The position numbers were made by a program, and so were the translations under genes. The notes beneath the pieces were generated by a model that was given only the letters and a program-made list of their open reading frames with translations, had not been told where the DNA came from and did not search any database. DNA of 64,000 bases from an uncultured virus (IMG/VR IMGVR_UViG_3300021089_000003) (Duplodnaviria; Heunggongvirae; Uroviricota; Caudoviricetes), in the IMG/VR virus record IMGVR_UViG_3300021089_000003; one strand, written 5' to 3'. Within the stretch, counting starts at the first letter, position 1, and each line of letters opens with the position of its first letter. This document shows positions 7,507-17,348 of this stretch, piece after piece.

Positions 7507-8442
7507 ATGGCATTCGAGCACAGTGACAATATAAAAAATCAGGTAAGCAAAGTAACATCTTCAGACTACACTGACGGTTTAAAGGATGGAATTAAACTTA
7601 ACAATAAAGCTAATAGTCTTATAGATAGCGTTAAAGACGGTGCAAGTTCTGTTATTGGAAAGTATAAAAGAACTGTTAATTCAGTTCTTTCGCAAATATT
7701 AGATGGAGTACCATTTAAGAAATTAATCACAGATGCTAGAACTATTACTAAATCTGGTGAACAAGATTGGAGAGTAAGATTAAGTTTACCAACTCAATAT
7801 CGAAGTATGTTTGGTAAAAATGATCTTTTAGGACCTTTATTAGATACAAATGGTTTAGTATTTCCTACAAATCCAACAGTACTTGTTTCACAAGAAGCAA
7901 ATTATAATTCATTACATCCTGTTCATACAAATTATCCTTTTTGGGCTTATCAAAATAGTCAAGTAGGACAAATTACTGTTACTGCAAATTTTCCTGTACA
8001 AAATTCTTTAGAAGCTAGGTATTGGGTAGCTTGTATACATTACTTAAGAAGTATAACAAAAATGAATTATGGTACAGGACCAGGTGCTGGAGAACCACCT
8101 CCAGTAGTAAAATTTAATGGGTACGGTGATTATGTTTTTAAAAATGTACCTGTTGTAGTTACAAGTTTTCAATTTGATATGCCACAAGATGTAGATTATA
8201 TTAGTTGTGGATTTACAGACAACCCTGCTTCTAATAATCCAGCATCTTTTGGAGGTAATCCACATGAAGCTACTGTAGGAAGTGAAGGTGCCTCTCAATC
8301 AGGGCCATCTGCTTGGGCGCCTGTAACAAGTTTATTAACAGTATCAATTGTACCACAATACAGCAGAAGAGATGTTTCTAATTTTGATTTTAGAAAATTT
8401 GTTAAAGGTGAGTACGGAAAAAGTGATACAGGATTTATTTAA
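7507..8442 (+). CDS. Baseplate/tail-tube initiator-like protein (gp48/gp54-like)
   Basis: GLVFPTNP, HPVHTNYPF, PPPVVKFNGYGDYVFKNVPVVVTSF; start moved to the ATG after the SD. Confidence 0.6.
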   Translation: MAFEHSDNIKNQVSKVTSSDYTDGLKDGIKLNNKANSLIDSVKDGASSVIGKYKRTVNSVLSQILDGVPFKKLITDARTITKSGEQDWRVRLSLPTQYRSMFGKNDLLGPLLDTNGLVFPTNPTVLVSQEANYNSLHPVHTNYPFWAYQNSQVGQITVTANFPVQNSLEARYWVACIHYLRSITKMNYGTGPGAGEPPPVVKFNGYGDYVFKNVPVVVTSFQFDMPQDVDYISCGFTDNPASNNPASFGGNPHEATVGSEGASQSGPSAWAPVTSLLTVSIVPQYSRRDVSNFDFRKFVKGEYGKSDTGFI

Positions 8443-8444
8443 TT

Positions 8445-8750
8445 ATGGCAACTTTACGTTATTCAAAAACTAGTCCTTGGCATAATACAACTATAGGAGC
8501 AACTCGTCTTGATCATTTTAGAATAAGACCTGTTCCTGAAAGTGGCGACGACTTTTTATATTCAGTAGAACCTCAATATAATCATAGACCAGACTTATTA
8601 GCTTATGACCTTTATAATGATCCTAAGTTATGGTGGGTGTTTGCTCAAAGAAATATGGATGTGTTAAAAGATCCCGTGTTTGATTTAGAACCTGGTGTAG
8701 AAATTTATATTCCACAAGGACCTAGAATACGTGAATTATTGGGATTATAA
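8445..8750 (+). CDS. gp53: Baseplate wedge gp53-like (LysM-type)
   Basis: RPDLLAYDLYNDPKLWWVFAQRN...IYIP. Confidence 0.8.
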   Translation: MATLRYSKTSPWHNTTIGATRLDHFRIRPVPESGDDFLYSVEPQYNHRPDLLAYDLYNDPKLWWVFAQRNMDVLKDPVFDLEPGVEIYIPQGPRIRELLGL

Positions 8751-8752
8751 AA

Positions 8753-11446
8753 ATGAGTGCTATAAAAACTAAAAAAGGCGGAGATAAAAGAACCTTTAAA
8801 CAAAAAACAAAAGATAGAATTAACCAAATTGAAACTAGAACAGGTGATATAAAACAAGGAGATCACAAAATAATCGATTTATCTCCTAATATAACACAAA
8901 GTATAAAAGGCAGTAAAAAATATCTCAATCATTTCGATGGAATGAATTCAGCAAAAGTATCTGAAGCTGAAATGAAGAAAATTGCCCCAATAACCCCAAA
9001 CGTTCTTAATCAATATAGAACAGTTAATACAATTTTTACTTTAGCGGCTTTGGATTTTACTGAGGTAAATTTTCCTGAAACATTAAGATATAAAGCACCA
9101 AATTTTGTAATTGCAAAATCTGGAGGTGGAGGATCAAGAGTTGCTAATGCTGTAGATATAGGCGGAAATACTATTTTAGAACTTTTTGTTGATCAAGTTA
9201 ATATAGATGCACTTGTTTCTCCAAGTCCTAAAAATAGACACGCTCAAGCAACAGGTGTATCTTTTAAAATAATAGAACCTTATAGTATGGGTAAATTTTT
9301 AGAAGTATTACATTTAGGAGCATTATTGGCGGCTGATGATGCAGATGGACAGAAAAATACAAATCATTATAATTCTCCTTATGCTCTTATAATAGATTTT
9401 GTTCCTGAAGGAGATTTTCGTATATCTCAGGAAGAACAAACGTTTTTAAAAAAAATAATTCCTATAAAAATTACTTCTGCTGACTTTGGTGTTACTGCAG
9501 GAGGTAGTACATATGATATTACAGCTATACCATGGAATGAAGCTGGATTTGATGATGCAGTAGTAAACATTCCACATGATATTACATTAAAAGGGTCAAC
9601 TGTTCATGAAGTTTTATCAACAGGCGAAAAAAGTTTAATGAATCAACTTAATTCAAGAAAAGAACCAAAACCAGAAGTTAAGAAAAAAAGACAAGCAATG
9701 TATGGTTCGGCTCTAAGGAAGAAGAAAAAAGAGAAGTCAACATTAACCCTTAATGAAGAAGCATCAGCTTTTATGAAACAAAGAAAACCAAATGATTATG
9801 TTGTATGGTTCCCTCAAGATAGTCAATTAATTACAAAAAATACTGCTCCAGAGTTTACAAATGTAGATAGAGCAACTTTTCAAACTGATCATCCTCCTTC
9901 AGGTGCTGGTCACTATGTTACTAGTTTAAAGAATACAGCAGTACGAGATGAACAACTAGAAACAATTTTTGGAGGTCGTTTATCATTAACTAACAGTCTC
10001 AATGAAGGTGTTCAAATAAAAGTGTCAGTAGGAGGAGACATGGAAATGAGCTGGTATGATGGTAATGATATAGGAAAATCTAAAATGGTAACAGATTCTA
10101 CTTTTTATGAAGCATTAGGAGGCACAATGCCTGACCCAAAAGACGATTCTAATATGGTTTCTTTTGAAGGTTTAGACTATCTTTATGATAAAAAACATCA
10201 ACTTTATAAAAGAAACAAAATTACATTTAATCCAGAGGATAAAAATTTTACTTTTGAAGCAGGTACAAGAATTACAGACATTATCGAACAAGTGATACTA
10301 TTAAGTGAGTATGGTAAAAAACATCAACTTTATAAAAGAAACAAAATTACATTTAATCCAGAGGATAAAAATTTTACTTTTGAAGCAGGTACAAGAATTA
10401 CAGACATTATCGAACAAGTGATACTATTAAGTGACTATGGTAAAAATATTACTGATAAAGAAACTAAAGACGGGACAGTTGATTGGTTTAGAATACAGCC
10501 AAAAGTTTTTCAATTACAAGATTCTGCTATTGCACAGTCTTATGGATTTCATCCTAAGGTATATGCTTATACTGTAATCAATTATAAAGTAATGTCTAAT
10601 TTATTTTTGTCGCCTACACAACAAGCTGGTTTTCTTCCACAAATAAAATCTAAGGTTAAAAAAGAATACAATTATTTTTATTCAGGAAAAAATTTAGATG
10701 TATTAGATTTTGATCTTTCATTTAAATTTGCATTTTATCAACCAGGTATGTCTGATAAGGGAGATGCTCCTTTAAATCAAACAGAAGCTGGTAAAGACGC
10801 TACTGTTAATAGTGCTCCAAGGTATGGACACGGTACAGGAGCAAAAACAAATAAAGTAGCTGGAGAAGGAACTGCCGCAGAAGGAGGAAACGTGAATGAA
10901 GGGTTTGGATCAAAAGATGAGAATCCTTTTATAAGAATTGCAAGACATTATAATAATGTAATTGTTAATAGTAATGTTGATTTAGTATCTTGTGAATTAA
11001 CTATAATGGGCGATCCTTATTGGATGCCTAATAGTGGACTTGGTAATTATATTGCCGCACCTTATAAAACAGATGACAAAGGAAATGTTTCAGCATTTAT
11101 GGATAGTGATGGTAATGCCGATTTTACAAGATCTCAAGTTATGTGTTTATTAAATTTTAGAACACCCTATGATTATGAAGGTAGTAAAATGGCTTTTCCT
11201 TCGATCCAGGCTCAAAATAAGTCTTCTGAAAAAATAGGACAGTTTAGTGGTTTATATAGAATATGGTTCGTTAAAAATGAGTTTGTATCAGGAAAGTTTG
11301 TACAAGTATTATCAATGTTAAGAGTTAATAATCAACCAGGTGCAGAAGAAGGTAAGAGAACAAATGTGGCGGCAGACAAATCAATCAGTAAAATAGACGA
11401 TAATGGTTACATATTTAATGAAGGAATGGATGACCATGTTCCTTAG
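8753..11446 (+). CDS. Large baseplate hub protein (gp27/gpD-like)
   Basis: C-terminal ELTIMGDPYW and FSGLYRIWFVKNEF..GKFVQVL; sits between gp53 and gp5; contains a 42-aa duplication. Confidence 0.55.
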   Translation: MSAIKTKKGGDKRTFKQKTKDRINQIETRTGDIKQGDHKIIDLSPNITQSIKGSKKYLNHFDGMNSAKVSEAEMKKIAPITPNVLNQYRTVNTIFTLAALDFTEVNFPETLRYKAPNFVIAKSGGGGSRVANAVDIGGNTILELFVDQVNIDALVSPSPKNRHAQATGVSFKIIEPYSMGKFLEVLHLGALLAADDADGQKNTNHYNSPYALIIDFVPEGDFRISQEEQTFLKKIIPIKITSADFGVTAGGSTYDITAIPWNEAGFDDAVVNIPHDITLKGSTVHEVLSTGEKSLMNQLNSRKEPKPEVKKKRQAMYGSALRKKKKEKSTLTLNEEASAFMKQRKPNDYVVWFPQDSQLITKNTAPEFTNVDRATFQTDHPPSGAGHYVTSLKNTAVRDEQLETIFGGRLSLTNSLNEGVQIKVSVGGDMEMSWYDGNDIGKSKMVTDSTFYEALGGTMPDPKDDSNMVSFEGLDYLYDKKHQLYKRNKITFNPEDKNFTFEAGTRITDIIEQVILLSEYGKKHQLYKRNKITFNPEDKNFTFEAGTRITDIIEQVILLSDYGKNITDKETKDGTVDWFRIQPKVFQLQDSAIAQSYGFHPKVYAYTVINYKVMSNLFLSPTQQAGFLPQIKSKVKKEYNYFYSGKNLDVLDFDLSFKFAFYQPGMSDKGDAPLNQTEAGKDATVNSAPRYGHGTGAKTNKVAGEGTAAEGGNVNEGFGSKDENPFIRIARHYNNVIVNSNVDLVSCELTIMGDPYWMPNSGLGNYIAAPYKTDDKGNVSAFMDSDGNADFTRSQVMCLLNFRTPYDYEGSKMAFPSIQAQNKSSEKIGQFSGLYRIWFVKNEFVSGKFVQVLSMLRVNNQPGAEEGKRTNVAADKSISKIDDNGYIFNEGMDDHVP
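10184..10446 (+). repeat. 126-bp in-frame tandem duplication
   Basis: 10184-10309 and 10310-10435 differ at 2 positions; tatg(a/g)taaaaa at 10184, 10310 and 10436. Confidence 0.95.
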
Positions 11447-11461
11447 GACGGAAGTTAAAAT

Positions 11462-12994
11462 ATGGGTGTAGCAAAAAGATCATCACTGAAAATAAATCCA
11501 AAACAAGAGCCGGGTCCGTATGAGGCCATTGTCAGAAATGTTTTAGATCCTAAATATGGTGGATCTCTTGAAGTAGAATTATTAAAAAGTACAGGACCAG
11601 GAAATACAGCTCAAGCTACTGGACAAAGAGTATTAGCAAAATATTTGTATCCTTTTTATGGTGCAACATCTATTAATGCTGTATCTAATAATATAGGTCA
11701 AAAATATAGTCAACAAAGTTATGGAATGTGGTTTGTTCCACCTGACATTGGAAATATTGTTATGGTTATATTTGTAGAAGGTCATATTAACAAAGCATAT
11801 TGGTTTGGGTGTGTTCAGCAAGAATTAATGAATTTTATGGTGCCCGGAAATGCGGCAACTTCTAATTTAGATAAAAAACTAGATGGTCCTCCAGGTACAG
11901 CAAGTTCTAATTCAAAATTACCTGTTGTAGAACATAATAAAATTCGTTGGTCTACTAAAACAACTAGTATAGCAAATATGGTAAATTTAAAAAAACCTGT
12001 TAATGAAGACTTGCAAACAGTTTTAAACACTCAAGGATTAGTAGCAGATGAAACAAGAGGAATAACAACAAGTAGTGCTAGAAGAGAAGTTCCTTCTTCT
12101 GTATTTGGAATTAGTACACCAGGACCAATAGATAAAAACGCAACTAGTTTTACAGATTTACCTCATATTAGATTAGGTGGAAGTACTTTTGTGATGGATG
12201 ATGGTGATGATAAATTTGTTAGAAAAACAAAAGCAAGTGAAGGGCCATCAGATTATTATAATAAAGAATTAGCGGAAAGAGGTGGAGAATTAGATGTACC
12301 TCATAATGAATTAGTAAGAATTAAAACTAGAACTGGACATCAACTTTTATTTCATAACTCAGAAGATTTAATTTATATAGGTAATGCAAAAGGAACTTCT
12401 TGGGTAGAATTAAGTTCTGATGGGAAAGTAGATGTATATGCAGAAGATAGTATAAGTTTTCATACAAAAAATGATTTTAACTTAACAGCAGATAGAGATA
12501 TTACTATGGAAGCAGGAGGAAATATAAACATTAAAGCAAGTGGACAAACTACTGCTGAAAAAGATACAAAAGGAAAAATTCAAATTGAATCGTCTTCAAA
12601 AACAAGTTTAGTAGTAGGCGAAGGAACATATATTACAACAACAGGAAATTTAGAAATTAATACAACTGGTGAACATAAATTAACGGCAGGTGGGGCAAGT
12701 AATTTTAAATCAGGGGGCGATCATATAGAAACTGCTCCAAATATACATATGAATGGGCCTGCGGCGTCTGAAGCCATACAGGCTGTAGAACTTCCTACAC
12801 ATAAATTACCCGGACATGAAGACTCACCTATATTAGCACAACGTTCACCACAGCACGAGCCGTGGACACAACACGAAAATTTAAACCCTGTAGCATTTAA
12901 AAGTGCATTAACAGATAGAGATAAAACAGAAACAGTTAAAAATGATCTGGAACTTACACCAATACCAGATACATTTAAAAACGCAAGGACTTAA
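11462..12994 (+). CDS. gp5: Baseplate central spike (gp5/VgrG-like OB fold plus beta-helix); no lysozyme domain
   Basis: SYGMWFVPPDIGNIVMVIF, RIKTRTGHQLLF and repetitive beta-helix strands; followed by a PAAR gene. Confidence 0.75.
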   Translation: MGVAKRSSLKINPKQEPGPYEAIVRNVLDPKYGGSLEVELLKSTGPGNTAQATGQRVLAKYLYPFYGATSINAVSNNIGQKYSQQSYGMWFVPPDIGNIVMVIFVEGHINKAYWFGCVQQELMNFMVPGNAATSNLDKKLDGPPGTASSNSKLPVVEHNKIRWSTKTTSIANMVNLKKPVNEDLQTVLNTQGLVADETRGITTSSARREVPSSVFGISTPGPIDKNATSFTDLPHIRLGGSTFVMDDGDDKFVRKTKASEGPSDYYNKELAERGGELDVPHNELVRIKTRTGHQLLFHNSEDLIYIGNAKGTSWVELSSDGKVDVYAEDSISFHTKNDFNLTADRDITMEAGGNINIKASGQTTAEKDTKGKIQIESSSKTSLVVGEGTYITTTGNLEINTTGEHKLTAGGASNFKSGGDHIETAPNIHMNGPAASEAIQAVELPTHKLPGHEDSPILAQRSPQHEPWTQHENLNPVAFKSALTDRDKTETVKNDLELTPIPDTFKNART

Positions 12995-12998
12995 TATT

Positions 12999-13286
12999 AT
13001 GACTATACCAGTACATAGAGATACAGATTCACGTGTATGTGGAGCATCAACAATTGTTGCAGGTAATACAACTGTATTTGCTAATACTTTATTAGTATCA
13101 GTTGATGGTGACCCAAACAGTCATGGTGGAGGTTCTTTAACAGCAACAAGTAATAAGGTTTACGCTAATAACAAATTAGTGGTGCATAATGCACCAGATT
13201 CTGCTTCAGCAGATGCATTGTGTCCTATTCCACCGCATTGTGGACCGGATACTTCACAAGGATCACCTGATGTATTCACAGGTTAA
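12999..13286 (+). CDS. PAAR spike-tip protein (gp5.4-like)
   Basis: PVHRDTDSRVCGA, HGGG, HC..TSQGSPDVF; start moved to 12999. Confidence 0.8.
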   Translation: MTIPVHRDTDSRVCGASTIVAGNTTVFANTLLVSVDGDPNSHGGGSLTATSNKVYANNKLVVHNAPDSASADALCPIPPHCGPDTSQGSPDVFTG

Positions 13287-13301
13287 TTTGAAGGTTAAAT
13301 A
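13282..13301 (+). promoter_or_regulatory. Late promoter (GTTAATT-N7-TAAATA), 5 nt before the gp25 ATG
   Basis: TAAATA at 13296-13301, ATG at 13307, no SD in between. Confidence 0.6.
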
Positions 13302-13306
13302 ATTAT

Positions 13307-13753
13307 ATGAGCACAAAAGAAAAAGCATTGTATAAACAAATAGAAGTTAAATCTAATACTAAAAATAAGGTTCCACCTACTCAGAGATCTTATAAAGGAA
13401 TTAGTACGGCTAATTCAGATAATACTAGTTTTACACTTCATGATATTGCTTTAATTAAACAAGATATAATTAATCATTTCCATATTAGTCAAGGGGAAAA
13501 ATTAGAAAATCCAGAGTTTGGAACAATAATTTGGGACGCACTTCATGAGCCATTAACGGATGAATTAAAAGAAGCACTAACAAAAAATGTTACTGAAATA
13601 ATCAATTATGATCCAAGAGTGCAAGTTAATGATGTAGTAGTAACTCAATATGAAAGTGGACTACAAATTGAGTGTGATTTAACGTATCTTCCTTACAATA
13701 TAACTGAATCAATGAGATTAAAATTTGATGAGGAAGCTGGATTAATAAATTAA
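13307..13753 (+). CDS. gp25: Baseplate wedge gp25-like
   Basis: DIALIKQDIINHF, GEKLENPEFG, IINYDPRV. Confidence 0.9.
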   Translation: MSTKEKALYKQIEVKSNTKNKVPPTQRSYKGISTANSDNTSFTLHDIALIKQDIINHFHISQGEKLENPEFGTIIWDALHEPLTDELKEALTKNVTEIINYDPRVQVNDVVVTQYESGLQIECDLTYLPYNITESMRLKFDEEAGLIN

Positions 13754-13760
13754 CAGAGTA

Positions 13761-13781
13761 GTTAATTAACGCAAATAAATA
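13761..13781 (+). promoter_or_regulatory. Late promoter (GTTAATT-N8-TAAATA)
   Basis: Intergenic TAAATA at 13776-13781. Confidence 0.6.
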
Positions 13782-13800
13782 TGTATAGAAGGATAAAACA

Positions 13801-13905
13801 ATGATAGCAAGTTTTGTATACTCACAGTCGAATAGTTATATTATTACGACAATAACCCATACCGATGGAACTGTCCATACGGTTGTTAGACCCAAAGGAA
13901 AATAA
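13801..13905 (+). CDS. Unannotated 34-aa peptide MIASFVYSQSNSYIITTITHTDGTVHTVVRPKGK
   Basis: AAGGA SD; TAATG stop/start overlap with gp6. Confidence 0.55.
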   Translation: MIASFVYSQSNSYIITTITHTDGTVHTVVRPKGK

Positions 13906-16900
13906 TGTCATCTACAAATAGACAAAATAGATTATTATTAACAGAAGATTGGCAGAGAGTTTATCAGTCTTTTAGAAATGCAGAGTTTAAAAGTTACGAT
14001 TTTGATACAATTCGTAGAACTCTTATTAATTACTTAAGACAAAATTATCCAGAAGACTTTAACGATTATATTGAATCAAGTGAATATCTTGCGTTAGTAG
14101 ATATGATTGCTTTCTTAGGTCAAAATATTGCTTTTAGAATAGATTTAAATGCAAGAGAAAACTTTTTAGAACTAGCTGAACGTAGAGAATCAGTTTTAAG
14201 ATTAGCTAGATTATTAAGTTATAATGCTAGAAGAAATCAAGCGGCAAATGGAATTCTTAAAATAGATGCAATTAGTACTACAGAAGCTATTGTAGATAGT
14301 AATAACTTAAATTTGTCAGGACAAACTGTTACGTGGAATGATCCTAGTAATACTAATTGGTATGAACAATTTATAAAAGTTTTAAATTCTGCATTACCAG
14401 TTAATGAAAAATTTGGAAAGCCAGTTAAAAAAGATACAATAGATAGTATACCTACAAATACATATAGATTAAATTCTATAGGACTTGAAGTTCCAGTTTT
14501 TAATTATTCAAAAAATGTAGATGGAAGAAATGCTGATTTTGAAATAGTATCAACTACTACAGAAGAGTCATCTATAATAGAAGAAGCTCCATTATCCGGC
14601 AGAGCGGTATCTATGATTCATAGAGATGATGGTAGAGGTAGTGGTAGTAATAATACTGGATTTTTTATGCATTTTAGACAAGGTGTATTAGACTTAGGTA
14701 ATTTTAGTGTAACTACTCCTAGTTCAAATCAAGCAATTAATATTGATGCTATTAATATAAATGATACAGATGTTTGGTTATATTCTACAGATACAAATGG
14801 TAATGAACAAACTCTTTGGACAAAACTTTCTGCAACAGAAGGAAATAATGTAGTTTACAATAGTACGATTAAATCAATTAAAAACATTTATTCTGCAATA
14901 ACTAAAACAGATGATAGAGTAACATTACAATTTTCTGATGGAACATTTGGAAATTTACCACAAGGAACATTTAAAGTTTATTACAGAACAAGTGATAATA
15001 GATCATTTAGAATAGTACCAGATGATATGCAAAATGTTCAAGCAGATATTGATTATGTTAGTGAAAATGGAAAAAGTGAAGTATTAACTATATCATTATC
15101 TTTGAAATATACTGTAGATAATTCAACTGCAAGTGAAACAAATACAAGCATTCGTGCTAATGCACCTTCTACGTATTATACACAAAATAGAATGATTACA
15201 GGAGAAGATTATAATATTTCTCCAATGGCAGTCAATCAAGAAATTTTAAAAATTAAATCAGTAAACAGAGTATCAAGTGGTGTATCTAGATATTTTGATT
15301 TAATTGACAGTACTGGAAAATACAGTAATACTAATTTATATGGTAATGATGGAATAATTTATAAACAAGAAATAGACGATTTAGGTACATTTACTTTTAC
15401 TACTCGAACAGATATTGAAGGAAATATTATTAATACAATTGAACCGGGTTTATCAACTAAAAGAGTTTATAATTTTTATACTGATAAATTTCCAAAAATT
15501 TTATTAAGTGATATTAATCCGATATGGACTCAAGTAACTAAAGCGACAAATCAAAGCACAGGTAATTTACAAGATGCAAATGCAACAAAATATCAAGTAG
15601 GAACATATACAGCAAGTCAATTAAAATATATTGATGCAGGTGCTCTTTGTAAATTTGAAGCGCCAGAAGGATATCATTTTATGTCTGATGGAACATTAAT
15701 GGCAGGTGCGGCGGACCACGCAGGAGCAACTACTTATAAATGGTCAGGTGTAGTTAGTGTTTCTACAGATGGTACAACTGATCTTGCTGATGGTTCAGGT
15801 GCAATTAAATTTAATGATGTTATACCAAGTACTGCAATATTAACACAAATTATTCCTAAATTTAACAAGTATCTAAGTTCAGATGTTAAAACACAACTAA
15901 TTGACCAAATATTTGCGTATAAAACTTTTGGATTAAGATATGATTTAACAACTAGAAAATGGAAACTTATAGATGAAAATAATTTAAATCTTTATGGTAC
16001 ATTTAGTACAGGTAAAACAGGAGATACTAGTAATGCACAATTAGATGCAAGTTGGCTTCTTAAATTTACTAATAATGGAGAAACGTATACAATGACGTCA
16101 AGAGGTATGCGTAATGTATTTGAAAGTGATAAAGAAATTAGATTCTTTTATGATAGTGCAGATAGAAATTTTGATTACAAATCTGGAAAAATTTTACAAG
16201 ATAAAATTTCTGTGTTAAGCATAAACACTGCTCCAGACGTAACAACACCTTTGAATAATGAAGTTGCATTTGATATTACAAAAGAATATAGAAATCCAGA
16301 TGGTTATGTAGATAGTAAAAAAATAGAATTAACTCATTATGATTCAGATCAAGATGGTATTGTAGATAATCCAACTGCATTTGATGATATTGTTGCACCT
16401 TCTATTAATAGTTCAACAAAATATATTTTTCAAAAAAAATATACTTCTAATAATATAGAAGAATGGAGATATATTAATGCTACTACAGAAAATATTTTTG
16501 TAAAACAGAACAATAGTTCTATAGGAGCATATAGTACATATACAGATGATAGTATAATCTACTTAATAGATGTAGATGCGTTTAAAATAGTAAATGGTAC
16601 TAATAATACACTTACAGACACAACTAATTATAAAGTTCATGTAGGTAGAGATAAACTTAAATTTCAGTATGTACATACTGTAGATGGTAATACAAGGATA
16701 GATGCTAGTTCAACTAATATTATGGATTTGTATATGGTAACTAAAACATTTGATACAAATTTTAGACAATGGTTGAATGGTACAATTACTACAAAACCTT
16801 TACCACCTAGCAGTGATGCATTGTATACTAGCTATAGTACACAACTTAATTCTATAAAATCTATTAGTGATGAAATTATATATCATACTGTAAAATATAA

Positions 16901-17348
16901 AATATTATTTGGATCTCAATCTGAAACAGACTTACAAGCTTCTTTTAAAATTGTTAAAAATGCAGAAGAAGTTACAAATGATAGTGATATTAAAAGTAGA
17001 GTGCTAACAGCCATTGGAGAATTCTTTTCATTAGATAATTGGGATTTTGGCGAAACATTTTACTTTTCAGAATTGAGTACATATGTTATGAATGAATTAT
17101 CTCCAGACATTTCAACTTTCATCATTGTTCCTAATGAATCATCTCAAAGTTTTGGTAGCTTATACGAAGTAAAATCTGAAAACGATGAAATTTTTGTTAG
17201 CGGAGCAACGTTAGATAATATTGAAATTATAGATGCCGTGACAGCGGCTAAAATTAAAGCATCTGGCAAAGTTGTGTCAACTACATCCTCAACCAGTACT
17301 GGAGTGACAAGTAATACAACTGGGACCAGCACTGGAAGTGGATACTAA
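13905..17348 (+). CDS. gp6: Baseplate wedge gp6-like
   Basis: SYDFDTIRRTLINYL, FNDYIESSE, ENFLELAERRESV, YYTQNRMITGEDY. Confidence 0.85.
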   Translation: MSSTNRQNRLLLTEDWQRVYQSFRNAEFKSYDFDTIRRTLINYLRQNYPEDFNDYIESSEYLALVDMIAFLGQNIAFRIDLNARENFLELAERRESVLRLARLLSYNARRNQAANGILKIDAISTTEAIVDSNNLNLSGQTVTWNDPSNTNWYEQFIKVLNSALPVNEKFGKPVKKDTIDSIPTNTYRLNSIGLEVPVFNYSKNVDGRNADFEIVSTTTEESSIIEEAPLSGRAVSMIHRDDGRGSGSNNTGFFMHFRQGVLDLGNFSVTTPSSNQAINIDAININDTDVWLYSTDTNGNEQTLWTKLSATEGNNVVYNSTIKSIKNIYSAITKTDDRVTLQFSDGTFGNLPQGTFKVYYRTSDNRSFRIVPDDMQNVQADIDYVSENGKSEVLTISLSLKYTVDNSTASETNTSIRANAPSTYYTQNRMITGEDYNISPMAVNQEILKIKSVNRVSSGVSRYFDLIDSTGKYSNTNLYGNDGIIYKQEIDDLGTFTFTTRTDIEGNIINTIEPGLSTKRVYNFYTDKFPKILLSDINPIWTQVTKATNQSTGNLQDANATKYQVGTYTASQLKYIDAGALCKFEAPEGYHFMSDGTLMAGAADHAGATTYKWSGVVSVSTDGTTDLADGSGAIKFNDVIPSTAILTQIIPKFNKYLSSDVKTQLIDQIFAYKTFGLRYDLTTRKWKLIDENNLNLYGTFSTGKTGDTSNAQLDASWLLKFTNNGETYTMTSRGMRNVFESDKEIRFFYDSADRNFDYKSGKILQDKISVLSINTAPDVTTPLNNEVAFDITKEYRNPDGYVDSKKIELTHYDSDQDGIVDNPTAFDDIVAPSINSSTKYIFQKKYTSNNIEEWRYINATTENIFVKQNNSSIGAYSTYTDDSIIYLIDVDAFKIVNGTNNTLTDTTNYKVHVGRDKLKFQYVHTVDGNTRIDASSTNIMDLYMVTKTFDTNFRQWLNGTITTKPLPPSSDALYTSYSTQLNSIKSISDEIIYHTVKYKILFGSQSETDLQASFKIVKNAEEVTNDSDIKSRVLTAIGEFFSLDNWDFGETFYFSELSTYVMNELSPDISTFIIVPNESSQSFGSLYEVKSENDEIFVSGATLDNIEIIDAVTAAKIKASGKVVSTTSSTSTGVTSNTTGTSTGSGY

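Noticed and set aside
10184..10435. 126-bp repeat as a DGR template or CRISPR unit
   Set aside because: Directly tandem and in-frame, with no spacers and no adenine-specific mutagenesis pattern.
11462..12994. T4 gp5 lysozyme domain
   Set aside because: No lysozyme motif is recognisable; only the OB-fold and beta-helix parts.
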